Source of the DNA: an uncultured virus (IMG/VR IMGVR_UViG_3300015608_001800)
Lineage: Duplodnaviria; Heunggongvirae; Uroviricota; Caudoviricetes
IMG/VR virus record: IMGVR_UViG_3300015608_001800
Length of the DNA: 64,000 nt
Reading direction: 5' to 3' (one strand)
Each line of letters opens with the position of its first letter. Within the stretch, counting starts at the first letter, position 1. Below are positions 17,636-27,260 of this stretch, in pieces. The notes below the pieces were generated by a model, which saw nothing but the letters and a program-made list of their open reading frames with translations, had not been told where the DNA came from and searched no databases. The position numbers and the translations under genes are program-made.

Positions 17636-19246
17636 TTAAGCATTTCTTTTTAATAATTTATAGATTTCAATGAAGGGTTTACCTGTCTCTTTTGAAACCT
17701 CATGAATGTTTTTGATAGTCTCATCATCTAACCCCTCAACATAGGTACCTGGTCCACTCACTGAATCTGATATCTTTAAAGGGTTATCTATTGCACCTTG
17801 GTTACAGTAAGGAAACTTAGTGCATTTCTTAGCTATTTTAACATACTTCCCTTTAGGGTTGTATTTAACTTTGTTCATTTCATTAATAGGTTCAGTTTCG
17901 TTAATTGGGTTTAAAATACCTTCATTAGCATCTTTCTGAACTATAACTCCACCTGTCCAAACAGGTTTCTTAGCTGTTCTCCACTCTCCTTTTTTAGCTG
18001 CAAAAGCTGGACCAACAGGAGGACCATTAGATCCCCATACAGAACCAAATGTTGTTGTTTCATCTATTTCTTCCTCTTCAATCGGTGGGGGTGTGTAATT
18101 ATCTTTTACACTATCTAAATTTTTATCGTTAACGATTTGATGTTCGTTCAATCTATTGTTAACAATTCTAAATAAATCTTCTTTCTTTAATGTTTTTTTA
18201 GTACCAGGAACTTTAACACCTGTTTTTTTACTTTTAGTCTCATCACTTTTTGGCCCATGGAATGGTCCCCAAAATTTATCACCAGCGGTAACTTTACTAT
18301 CCTTGGATAAGGGATCGACAATTTTCCCACCTTTCCAAAATGATACGTCATCAAAATACCAACCATCATGGTCTAAGTCAGCAAATTCAATACCTGAAAC
18401 ACCATTAGTTCTATCGGTGTTAAATGTTGTAGTGTGTTCTTCGATAGGACCTGGTTTAGCAACACCTTTATTTTTAGTTAAAGGACCACTTCCCCATGCA
18501 TTACCTGTGTAAGCACCAACAGAAGCACCACCTGCTGCGGCTGTAGTTTCTGTTTTAATTTTTCTTTTTTTCTCGTCTTTTTTGAGACCTTTTTCGGATG
18601 CTAAAACACCATATCTCTTATTTGAATAGTAATCAGAAAATTCTGATATATGGTCCATAGCAATTTCTTTAGCTTTATCTATGTCGTTACCAACATGTTC
18701 TTTCTCAATCTTAACACCAATCTTAATTTCTTTCTTAATGTCTTCAATTGATACTTTATGTTTTTTAGCTAAATCTTTAATTGATAATTTATCAGCTTTA
18801 CCACCTTTTATTTCATTAGATTCTACCTTAATGTCTTTGATTTTAGCTGATTTAAAATTTTTAGTTACTTGGTCTGTCTTAACACCACTAGATTTCATCG
18901 AACTCGATGTTGATGAAGAAATCTTTGTAGTTTTAGGCATTGATTTACTAATATTAGAAGGTGTTTGTTTAATAGCTGTTTTAACGGCTGAAGAATTTTC
19001 ACCTTCGAACATTTTGTTAGTCTCATCGTAAAGATCAGTTTTAACGTCAGGCATTAATTGGTAGTGGTCGATTCCAGGTATTACACCTAAAGTTCTACCA
19101 TCATCCCACTTAACGTGAATAATACCCATCCCATCAACAAGACGAATGGTACCTTCTGTACCTGGGGTAATAGGATTAGGATCGTCTGTCATCGAGACCA
19201 TCCTAATTCTCATTCCCTCTTTAGCGTTTGGATCTTTTTGATTCAT
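17636..19246 (-). CDS. Multidomain protein (DUF4314-like N-terminus, DUF5661-like middle)
   Basis: PGTEGTI..VDGMG.IHVKWDDG; GVKIEKEH...AKEIAMDHI.E...YY. Confidence 0.6.
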   Translation of the reverse strand: MNQKDPNAKEGMRIRMVSMTDDPNPITPGTEGTIRLVDGMGIIHVKWDDGRTLGVIPGIDHYQLMPDVKTDLYDETNKMFEGENSSAVKTAIKQTPSNISKSMPKTTKISSSTSSSMKSSGVKTDQVTKNFKSAKIKDIKVESNEIKGGKADKLSIKDLAKKHKVSIEDIKKEIKIGVKIEKEHVGNDIDKAKEIAMDHISEFSDYYSNKRYGVLASEKGLKKDEKKRKIKTETTAAAGGASVGAYTGNAWGSGPLTKNKGVAKPGPIEEHTTTFNTDRTNGVSGIEFADLDHDGWYFDDVSFWKGGKIVDPLSKDSKVTAGDKFWGPFHGPKSDETKSKKTGVKVPGTKKTLKKEDLFRIVNNRLNEHQIVNDKNLDSVKDNYTPPPIEEEEIDETTTFGSVWGSNGPPVGPAFAAKKGEWRTAKKPVWTGGVIVQKDANEGILNPINETEPINEMNKVKYNPKGKYVKIAKKCTKFPYCNQGAIDNPLKISDSVSGPGTYVEGLDDETIKNIHEVSKETGKPFIEIYKLLKRNA

Positions 19247-19533
19247 TAGATACTTTCTAAATTGTTACTCCAGAAATTTTTTCTCATCCAAAGTACTTTA
19301 TAAAGTTTAAGTATAACTTCTTTAGTAATTGATGCAACCTCTCTTTGTGTGGGTTTATCTTTCTTAAGGTGTTTAAGCACAAGTTCTTGAACCTTCTTTT
19401 CAAGTTGGTCACTGTTAAGGTGTCTCTTGATTAAAGTATCAAATTCGTCACGTGCTATTTTTTTAATTTTAGCCTCGTCAGATTTGTTTAACTCTTCCTT
19501 AAGAATATGTTTTATATTAACCCTATTACTCAT
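19246..19533 (-). CDS. Hypothetical protein
   Basis: Coupled ORF, KHILKEE motif. Confidence 0.6.
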   Translation of the reverse strand: MSNRVNIKHILKEELNKSDEAKIKKIARDEFDTLIKRHLNSDQLEKKVQELVLKHLKKDKPTQREVASITKEVILKLYKVLWMRKNFWSNNLESI

Positions 19534-19537
19534 TAGA

Positions 19538-19717
19538 TTATTTCAATTTTCTAAATCTGTCTTGATTGTTTCTGTTTCTGTTTTCAGTAATTCTTCTGTT
19601 AGAATTAACTTTTTTAGACTCATCAATTCTTTTTTGTTCAGCTTTAACCTTGTTAACGATGTTTTCTAAAAGGGTGATGAATTCTTCTTCTGTGTACCTT
19701 AATACTCTTTTGGCCAT
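19538..19717 (-). CDS. 59-aa protein MAKRVLRYTEEEFITLLENIV...
   Basis: Read manually (below track cut-off); fills operon gap. Confidence 0.6.
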   Translation of the reverse strand: MAKRVLRYTEEEFITLLENIVNKVKAEQKRIDESKKVNSNRRITENRNRNNQDRFRKLK

Positions 19718-19750
19718 TTTGAGTTGTTTTTGTTTGTTTGTTATTTGTGA

Positions 19751-20068
19751 TTATAATCTATATTTAGAAAGGTAGTACCTCTTTCTAGCTTTTCTACTTA
19801 AAATCTTAGACATCATATCCTCTGATTGGGGTATTTCTACTTGAGATTTTAATTCTTTATTTAATGTTTGGAGGTAATCTAATAATTCAGCTGTTAATTG
19901 TCTTATATACCCAACTCTCCCTAAATTATCTCCTAGTTCTAAGTCTATATCATCAATTCTTGAGGATAAGTCTTCAACATCAATCTCTACATCATCTTCC
20001 ATTTCTTCCATTAATCGGTTTAATCCATTTTTAAATGTAAATTCTGTTACGATTAAGTTATCACTCAT
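19751..20068 (-). CDS. Hypothetical protein
   Basis: ORF after ATATTTAT. Confidence 0.6.
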   Translation of the reverse strand: MSDNLIVTEFTFKNGLNRLMEEMEDDVEIDVEDLSSRIDDIDLELGDNLGRVGYIRQLTAELLDYLQTLNKELKSQVEIPQSEDMMSKILSRKARKRYYLSKYRL

Positions 20069-20150
20069 AATTAATGCAGTTTTTTAATAAATATCATTAA
20101 AGCATAGAAAAACCACCCCAGTGGAGTGGTTTCCTTTTATTTTCTATGTA

Positions 20151-20465
20151 TTATTTAATTACGATTTTACGACCAATCATTTCACTAATCACCATACCAA
20201 CTAAATCATTAATTTCATCGAATTCACTAATTAGTTTATCTTCTACCTTAACTTGTGGTACATAATCTTTACCACCATTTTCTTTTAACCATTCCCACAT
20301 CTCATCGTTACCTTCCATCTCCACATTCTCATATACAATACCAACATGGTCTAATTTAGTTTTTAATTCTTTACAGGCTGGACAATGTTCCATTGTGTAA
20401 AGTGTAATATCTTTATGGTTGTTATTACCGATATCTTCTAATAATTTTTGTACTTGTTGATTCAT
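20151..20465 (-). CDS. Glutaredoxin-like protein
   Basis: LYT..HCPACK...YVPQV. Confidence 0.8.
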   Translation of the reverse strand: MNQQVQKLLEDIGNNNHKDITLYTMEHCPACKELKTKLDHVGIVYENVEMEGNDEMWEWLKENGGKDYVPQVKVEDKLISEFDEINDLVGMVISEMIGRKIVIK

Positions 20466-20467
20466 AT

Positions 20468-21262
20468 TTATTTTCTCTTTTTGAATGATTGAAACTTATA
20501 GTAGTAATTGACGCCTACTTCTTTGTTAGTATTTGTATTAACAATTATATTATGTTTATCAAATAAGTTAAGTCCAAAACCAACACTAATAGCGTCAGGT
20601 CCAGTTGCTGTTAATGATTTGTAATAACCACCACCAACCAAAAACTGCATCTTTCTTGGTGTTGTAGGTGAATATTGTTCAGCAGGTAAACTATTAATTG
20701 ACATAGAATCTACTACTAACCAATCTGGTCCAATTAACCTAGATTTCCATAAACCTCTTTTTTCTTCTGTTAAAACAATTTGTAGTGGTAATTTACCGAA
20801 AGTCCACTCACCTTTATAGTAAGCAGTTCTTCTATCTACATTACCGTTCCAATTAATAAACGGATTACCGTCGTTAGGGTATTTTAACGCTAAATCAATT
20901 TTATTGGTGTCATTCGGATTGATTCTACCCATACCTTCACTAACTTGTCCTTGTAAAGTGATTACAGCGTTAGTTAAACTAAGAAGTCTTTCATTTTGTT
21001 TTTTTATAACCTTATAAAGTTCTTCATTAGTTTCTTTAAGTTCTTTTTTTAAATCTTTCTCCGTGTTATAGTAATCAACCAATTTGGCATATCTACCATC
21101 AGCCTCCTTCTTTAAAGAATCACCTTCTATAATAGATTTTTTAAGTTCATCGGCAGCTTCTTCAAATTTATTGTTGTTACGACCGATTCTCCAAGCAAGA
21201 AATAAGACGACTATTATAAGTCCCCCAATCATTGCTAAATAAAATTTATCTCTTTTTTCCAT
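20468..21262 (-). CDS. Membrane-anchored coiled-coil protein
   Basis: N-terminal TM helix, coiled coil, beta-rich C-terminus. Confidence 0.6.
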   Translation of the reverse strand: MEKRDKFYLAMIGGLIIVVLFLAWRIGRNNNKFEEAADELKKSIIEGDSLKKEADGRYAKLVDYYNTEKDLKKELKETNEELYKVIKKQNERLLSLTNAVITLQGQVSEGMGRINPNDTNKIDLALKYPNDGNPFINWNGNVDRRTAYYKGEWTFGKLPLQIVLTEEKRGLWKSRLIGPDWLVVDSMSINSLPAEQYSPTTPRKMQFLVGGGYYKSLTATGPDAISVGFGLNLFDKHNIIVNTNTNKEVGVNYYYKFQSFKKRK

Positions 21263-21269
21263 TTTCTAA

Positions 21270-21863
21270 TTAAAATTTAAATGGTTCAGTACCAGCTCCT
21301 TCAGAAGAACCACTTTGAGGTCCCTCAGGTGCTGCAGTACCAAGACCTTCACCATCTGAAGTTGGTGTACCTGTTAACCTAGAACTCCATTCGTCTGACC
21401 ATACGTCATAATAACCTCTAAGTTTTTTGAATATTTCAATAACTTCATTTGTTAGTTGTAACATATCTTCAGAATCGATAGAAATATAACAACCATTGTT
21501 TTCGTTCAATGAATAAACCCATTTAACCCTCTCACGAACAAGTTCTCCAGACCATTCAACATTTTGACGATAAACTTTTATTTTATCGAATTTTACTAAT
21601 TTGGACACTGTGTCTTTGAATTTATTCTCCTCTTCTCTTTGTTCATCGGGTGTTACTTCTTGAGATTCTTGTTCAGTCTCCTCTACTTCCATTTCCACCT
21701 CTTCCTCTTCGAAAAGACGTAACTTCACCTTAGGACTTTTTTGTTCCTGTAATAATTTTTTAATATCATCAGACTGTAAAGAACCAATTTGTTGGTTATT
21801 TTCTTGTAATTTTCTAATCTTACCTAGAAGGTCTCTAACATCATCTTTTTGTTGTTTTTTCAT
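21270..21863 (-). CDS. Hypothetical acidic protein
   Basis: ORF in operon. Confidence 0.6.
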   Translation of the reverse strand: MKKQQKDDVRDLLGKIRKLQENNQQIGSLQSDDIKKLLQEQKSPKVKLRLFEEEEVEMEVEETEQESQEVTPDEQREEENKFKDTVSKLVKFDKIKVYRQNVEWSGELVRERVKWVYSLNENNGCYISIDSEDMLQLTNEVIEIFKKLRGYYDVWSDEWSSRLTGTPTSDGEGLGTAAPEGPQSGSSEGAGTEPFKF

Positions 21864-21864
21864 T

Positions 21865-22461
21865 TTATAGGTTTTTTAATACTTCCATGTTAAATGCTGG
21901 ACTCACGTCCGTTGATTCTTGGTGATAATTACTTCTAAATGTCACTCCTTTATAAAGATCCACACTTTCGTCATACACATTATGTCCAATAAAATTTTTA
22001 GATATTTTATAATCATCACAAAGTTTATTCACCAAATTCTTTAATGATTCCATTTGTGGTTCTGTGTACTTATCCCAATATGTGTAATTACGCCAACGTT
22101 TCATAACAACCTCATTAGGTTGTTTCTTATAATTATGCCCCAACCAATCAACATATCTATCTATCATACTATCTTTTCGATACCATCCGACATTTTCTAA
22201 AGTAATAGATATTGAAGCTTTGTCTTGTTGGTGTCCTACGAAATCTGAAAAATATTTTGGATCATAGTGTTGAAATACCTTACCCTCTTTATCTATCGTA
22301 AAAGTGGAAGTTTTTTTATTCTTCCCATTTAAACGATAAATCCAACTACCATAATGTAACATACCTGTACGGTATGAATGACCTATGATAATTTGTGTTT
22401 TATCATAAATCTCACTATAATAGTTAGTGTCAGGTAATTTATATGTTTCAGTGTCAATCAT
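21865..22461 (-). CDS. Amidase_2-like protein (divergent)
   Basis: IIIGHS, ISITLEN.G, YTEPQ..SL..L, TDVSPAF. Confidence 0.7.
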   Translation of the reverse strand: MIDTETYKLPDTNYYSEIYDKTQIIIGHSYRTGMLHYGSWIYRLNGKNKKTSTFTIDKEGKVFQHYDPKYFSDFVGHQQDKASISITLENVGWYRKDSMIDRYVDWLGHNYKKQPNEVVMKRWRNYTYWDKYTEPQMESLKNLVNKLCDDYKISKNFIGHNVYDESVDLYKGVTFRSNYHQESTDVSPAFNMEVLKNL

Positions 22462-22468
22462 ATCCTTC

Positions 22469-23269
22469 TTATCCCCATCTGTCTCGCCCTTCTACTTTTT
22501 TTTTAAAATTTTCTCTTAAAGTTTCCTCAATATTCATCGATTGAGCTTCAGTTTTTGGTTGATTTTCCGTTGGAAAAATAGATTCAATGGTTACATTGTT
22601 AGATTCATCCTTAATTTCCTCAATGATTGGTTCTTCAATTTTTACTTCTTCTGATTTAACATCCTCAACAGGTCGTTCAATAACATATACATCCTCACTT
22701 GGAGTTGGTGGATCTAAATTCGTAATCGTAGCAGGGCCTTCAGGGATTACTGTTGGTTCTGTGGGTACTATAGGGTTAGTTGGTGTGACAGTTTTTGGTT
22801 CGTCGTCCATACCACCGTATTTAATGAAGAAATGTAATGAAGCTAAAGATATTAAAGGCAATAATCCACCAGATAATAAAGCTAACCAACGTCTTTGGGC
22901 TATCATATCACTAGTATCAGAACCTAAAGCATCAAAAACGGGTTGTGTTAATTCAACCCAATCTTTAAATTCCTGACTATTAACGTTTATGTCTTTATAG
23001 GAGAAAAATATATTACCAATAAATTGAATTAAGGTAACTATGGCAAATACAAACCACACACCACCTTTAATTCTAACTGATGCGGCAGCAATTGAACTCA
23101 TTGCAGCAATCTCAATAGCTATCGATAGATATATCGCCCAACTAACAGGATTTGATAAATCATACCAACTCACAACGTGAGAAATTGATATAATCATTAC
23201 CAAAATAATAGGAACAAGGAACATTCCGCGAATGATTTCCTTCTTGTTGCTTTTAATCCAATTTAACAT
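22469..23269 (-). CDS. Multi-pass membrane protein with acidic/Pro-rich tail
   Basis: Four hydrophobic helices. Confidence 0.65.
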   Translation of the reverse strand: MLNWIKSNKKEIIRGMFLVPIILVMIISISHVVSWYDLSNPVSWAIYLSIAIEIAAMSSIAAASVRIKGGVWFVFAIVTLIQFIGNIFFSYKDINVNSQEFKDWVELTQPVFDALGSDTSDMIAQRRWLALLSGGLLPLISLASLHFFIKYGGMDDEPKTVTPTNPIVPTEPTVIPEGPATITNLDPPTPSEDVYVIERPVEDVKSEEVKIEEPIIEEIKDESNNVTIESIFPTENQPKTEAQSMNIEETLRENFKKKVEGRDRWG

Positions 23270-23583
23270 TATTTTCCTTCTAATACTTGAATTTCCTTAT
23301 CAATTTCAGATTGACGATTCACGTCTAGAATCTTTCTGTCTGTTGATTGGATCATTCTTTTTTCAGCTTTCAAACCTTCAATAGTTAACATTTTTTTCAA
23401 CTCTTCTTTTGTAATGATACGTGACCTTACTGTTGAGTCTTCAGCTGTTATTTGAGTAGAAAGTTCTTCTTTAACTTTCTCTATCTTACCATTTGTCGTA
23501 CATGTCTTAAAGAACATAATCAAAACTAATGGTAACATGATTCTTGTGGACCAAGTGTCTAAAAAATTTACAATGTTTTTCAT
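23269..23583 (-). CDS. Membrane-anchored/lipoprotein-like protein
   Basis: Hydrophobic stretch then FKTC; start placed at MKNIV. Confidence 0.55.
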   Translation of the reverse strand: MKNIVNFLDTWSTRIMLPLVLIMFFKTCTTNGKIEKVKEELSTQITAEDSTVRSRIITKEELKKMLTIEGLKAEKRMIQSTDRKILDVNRQSEIDKEIQVLEGK

Positions 23584-23663
23584 CTTTTTGAATTTATTTA
23601 TAAATATCACATTATTAGTTATCGTAATAATAAGACTATTTGTAGGAATTTAAATATTTATTA

Positions 23664-24068
23664 ATGATGGAAATTAAAAGAATTATACTTGAACAATTAG
23701 TTAATGAAGCTAGAATAGCCCAAATTTCTACTGATATTAAATTTTTTCTAAATATAAACGACACTGCACACTCCCAAGAACAAAAGACTAGACACCAACC
23801 AAAGGGGGTTATAATAACAGATGCACAAATTATATCTATTTTAGAAAAGGCTAAACCTAGAATAGCTGCATACATAATTGGTGGTAGAATTTTCGAAAAA
23901 ATACCTTTTATTGTTACAGAAGTTTCTGGTGATAAAATAAGTTTGGCTATAGTAGGTAAAGCTTCAACACCCTACAGGTGGGATTTAACAGTTAAAACAG
24001 TTTGGAGTGAACAGGCCGAAGGTAAACCTTTTAAAGTTGGTCGAGAACAATTAGTAATTAACGTATAA
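23664..24068 (+). CDS. Hypothetical protein
   Basis: ORF after ATATTTAT, followed by terminator. Confidence 0.6.
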   Translation: MMEIKRIILEQLVNEARIAQISTDIKFFLNINDTAHSQEQKTRHQPKGVIITDAQIISILEKAKPRIAAYIIGGRIFEKIPFIVTEVSGDKISLAIVGKASTPYRWDLTVKTVWSEQAEGKPFKVGREQLVINV

Positions 24069-24073
24069 ATGAC

Positions 24074-24098
24074 AAACCCCTCACTCGAGGGGTTTTTT
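24074..24098. terminator. Intrinsic terminator
   Basis: AAACCCCTC/GAGGGGTTT plus T-run. Confidence 0.8.
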
Positions 24099-24263
24099 CA
24101 TAATATCTTATAGAAATCATTGAGGTTTGTCAGACCTTGAACATTCGTTTGTTCATGCCGCCGAGTTGTATGGGTAATCTCGGTTCAACCCATTTCCTTA
24201 TTTGATGGTACAAATATATAGATAAATATTTATTCCACCAAATAAATTAGTATCTTTTTAGTT

Positions 24264-25118
24264 ATGGATTTATCAATTTTAATAGCAACAGTACCACCTA
24301 GAAAAAAATATCTTAATAGATTATTAACAAAGATACAAAAACAAATTGTGGATAACAACTTACAAGGTAGAGTTGAGGTTATTGTTTACGAGGATGATTT
24401 TGAAGCATCTTTAGGTCAAAAAAAGAATAAACTATATAAGTCAGCAAAGGGAAAGTATACTGTTTCTATTGATGATGATGACGATATTAGTGATGACTAC
24501 TGTAAAACCATTTGTGATGTTATTAAAGAATATGATGTCGACCAAATATGTATTGGCCATCGTTATTTCCATAATAACAGTTCGAGGTGGATACCTATCT
24601 ACATTTCTAAAAAGTATAAATACTATTCATTAGTGTTTAAAAACCTTTTTTACTTATACATCACCAAATACCATTTAGATAAGAATTGTGATTGGGAATT
24701 ATGTTTCAAGAAAATTCCAATATTAAGAGCTAAAGAAAAGGGTTTAAAAATGTTCTTTATTGTTCTTTTTTTACATCTATTTAAAAACAAAGTATCTTCT
24801 AATATTAGACACACTTGTCACACAACTCCAATAAAAAGGGAGATTACACAATCAGTTGATTTCACAAGTAGACCGAGAGAACAAGATATTGAATGGGCAA
24901 CAGAAATATATAAACAAGGTTTAATAAAGACCGAACATATTGTAGATAAAGACCTATATTTTTATTATTACGACCATGAAATGTCAATAAATAGAGGTAA
25001 GTGGGGTAGATTAGAAAAAAATGAAAAAAGAAAAAAATTAACAGAAGTTACAAACACAATCAAAGATATTGATTGGGAACTTCAACCCATAGATAAAATC
25101 GAAATAAAATGGATTTAA
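24264..25118 (+). CDS. Glycosyltransferase family 2
   Basis: LSILIATV, AKGKY..SIDDDD. Confidence 0.8.
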   Translation: MDLSILIATVPPRKKYLNRLLTKIQKQIVDNNLQGRVEVIVYEDDFEASLGQKKNKLYKSAKGKYTVSIDDDDDISDDYCKTICDVIKEYDVDQICIGHRYFHNNSSRWIPIYISKKYKYYSLVFKNLFYLYITKYHLDKNCDWELCFKKIPILRAKEKGLKMFFIVLFLHLFKNKVSSNIRHTCHTTPIKREITQSVDFTSRPREQDIEWATEIYKQGLIKTEHIVDKDLYFYYYDHEMSINRGKWGRLEKNEKRKKLTEVTNTIKDIDWELQPIDKIEIKWI

Positions 25119-25483
25119 CGCTTATAAAATTAAAAGACATTAAATTTAGTCCATTCGATAAACCTAAAAATAGTATACCTTACGATAGTAAAAAATATGA
25201 TTGGGTTAGGTTGAGTAATAGTATTAAATTAAACGGTTTCAAACCAGAAAAATATGGTTATATGACTATAAGTAAAAACAATTACTGTTTAAATGGTCAC
25301 CATAGATATGCCGTATTAAAAGAATTATATGGTGAAAACTACGAGTTGTTCGTCGAGAGAAAGAGGTTGAATTATATACCCCAAATCACGTTAGATTTAG
25401 GTCGTTTTTTAATTTTAATACCTTTCATACTTATTTCAAAATTATTAGGTTATGATAAGACAAATAGTAAAAATATTTACTGA
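25109..25483 (+). CDS. ParB/Srx-like domain protein
   Basis: LSNSIKLNG...CLNGHHRY. Confidence 0.6.
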   Translation: MDLTLIKLKDIKFSPFDKPKNSIPYDSKKYDWVRLSNSIKLNGFKPEKYGYMTISKNNYCLNGHHRYAVLKELYGENYELFVERKRLNYIPQITLDLGRFLILIPFILISKLLGYDKTNSKNIY

Positions 25484-26036
25484 AGAAGAATCTAAGTTAA
25501 TTGTTAATGACTTTGAGAAGAACAAAGATCATATAAAATTATCTAGGGATCACGGTGTTGAAAGAATTAGTTCTTATGAGATTGATGTTCAACATTTTTC
25601 AGAAGACATTAAAGAATTAATCTATTCTAAAATAGAAAGTAAATTAAAGCCAATAACTAAAGGTAAATTGGGGATGGTTTTTGGTGTTCGTTATTCTTTG
25701 GATACCAAAAGTTATATGTCAGCACACCATGATTGTAATTCTTACAGTTGTGTTATTAAATTAAATGATGATTATACTGGTGGTGGGACTTATTTCCCTT
25801 TAACAGGGGAAGTTTTATCCCCTGAAAATGTGGGTGAAGGTTTATTGTTTAAAGCTGATACAATAGATTCCTATCATGAGGCATATCCCATAACAGAAGG
25901 TGTTAGATATGTTTTGGTTGTTAGAACAGAGAAAAAGAATATTCTACACTTGTTATTAAAGGCCTATTTCTTCCATTTTGTGGATAAATGGATTCAAAAA
26001 AGAAAAGATAGATATTACAAAAAACCCCTCATATAG
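25452..26036 (+). CDS. 2OG-Fe(II) dioxygenase (prolyl/lysyl-hydroxylase-like)
   Basis: HHD..YS.VI.LNDDYTGGGTYF...HEAYPITEGVRY. Confidence 0.85.
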   Translation: MIRQIVKIFTEEESKLIVNDFEKNKDHIKLSRDHGVERISSYEIDVQHFSEDIKELIYSKIESKLKPITKGKLGMVFGVRYSLDTKSYMSAHHDCNSYSCVIKLNDDYTGGGTYFPLTGEVLSPENVGEGLLFKADTIDSYHEAYPITEGVRYVLVVRTEKKNILHLLLKAYFFHFVDKWIQKRKDRYYKKPLI

Positions 26037-26047
26037 AGGGGTTTTTA

Positions 26048-26872
26048 TTATTTGTAGATGAACTCAAATAAGTCCTTACTTTTATTTCTCAACTTACGTA
26101 GAGCCTTTTCCTTGATTTGACGGATACGTTCCTTTGTCAAATCGTAGTCCTCACCGATTTCTTCGAGAGTTAATGGAGTCCCATTCAAGCCGAAGTAAAG
26201 TTCGATGATTTGTCTTTCTCTTGGAGAAAGAACAGACAATGTGTTCTCTAATTGAGTTTTTAACATGTCTTTAGGTTTTTCAAAAGACTCGTCTGGTCTC
26301 TCGAAAGAGTCGTCAGCGATGATATCCATCATTTCATCACCATCTTCATTAATGGTTTCATTCAATGAAGTACAAGATGGTTGGATAAGTAATGTCAAAT
26401 CCATATCAACATCAGTAGGTTTTCTACCATGTTCTTGTTCGAAAGCTGAAATCTCTCTCTTTAACTTAGCAATGTTGTTTGTAACATTAACTGGAAGACG
26501 TACAGTTCTAGCGTTATCATTCAAAGATTGGATGATAGATTGTTTAACCCACCAAACAGCGTAAGAGATAAATCTGAAACCACGTTCAGGGTCAAATTTT
26601 TGTGCAGCTTTAATCAAACCGAAGTTACCTTCGTTAATTAAATCAGCCAACGGTAAACCTTGATTCTGATATTCCTTTGCTATAGAAATAACGAATCTTA
26701 GGTTAGCAGTAACTAACTTTTCGGTAGCGGCTTTGTCACCCTCACGAACTTTCTTTGCTAATTCAACTTCTTGTTCAGGAGTTAACATATCAATTTTTCT
26801 AACATCTTTAAGATATCTTGAAATGCTTTCCTCTGACGTATTGATGAATCTTTTTATGTTTACTGTACTCAT
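26048..26872 (-). CDS. RNA polymerase sigma-70 factor, RpoD/SigA family (short Bacteroidetes type)
   Basis: ANLRFVISIAK, DLINEGN.GL, FISYAVWW, TLEEIG...LTKERIRQI. Confidence 0.92.
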   Translation of the reverse strand: MSTVNIKRFINTSEESISRYLKDVRKIDMLTPEQEVELAKKVREGDKAATEKLVTANLRFVISIAKEYQNQGLPLADLINEGNFGLIKAAQKFDPERGFRFISYAVWWVKQSIIQSLNDNARTVRLPVNVTNNIAKLKREISAFEQEHGRKPTDVDMDLTLLIQPSCTSLNETINEDGDEMMDIIADDSFERPDESFEKPKDMLKTQLENTLSVLSPRERQIIELYFGLNGTPLTLEEIGEDYDLTKERIRQIKEKALRKLRNKSKDLFEFIYK

Positions 26873-26882
26873 ATTATAACTT

Positions 26883-27260
26883 TTATTTTTTATTTCCGAA
26901 AATTAAACTACTATTTTTTGTAACCTTTGTTTTTGATACTTCCTGAACCTTACTTATACGTTCTTTCTTTGGTTTAGGTTTCTCATTTTTAATCTTTTCT
27001 TCTATTTCTCTCTTTTTAATTAAATAGAAGTCACCATTCATTTTGTAAGGTAAATCTCTAACATTTGCCCAAAGAGATAAAATATAGTTACTTTTATTGG
27101 GTCTATCAACGCCCCCCTCTAATTTATTTATCTGTTCAACAAGTTGGTTAGCCATTTCCCTAATACCGGGTGTTATTAGAGCTTCAGGTACTTCAGTTTC
27201 GTACCATTCAACCCTCTTACCTTTTCTTAAAATCTTTTCATATTCACTATAACTTAACAT
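26883..27260 (-). CDS. Hypothetical protein
   Basis: Coupled ORF. Confidence 0.6.
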   Translation of the reverse strand: MLSYSEYEKILRKGKRVEWYETEVPEALITPGIREMANQLVEQINKLEGGVDRPNKSNYILSLWANVRDLPYKMNGDFYLIKKREIEEKIKNEKPKPKKERISKVQEVSKTKVTKNSSLIFGNKK

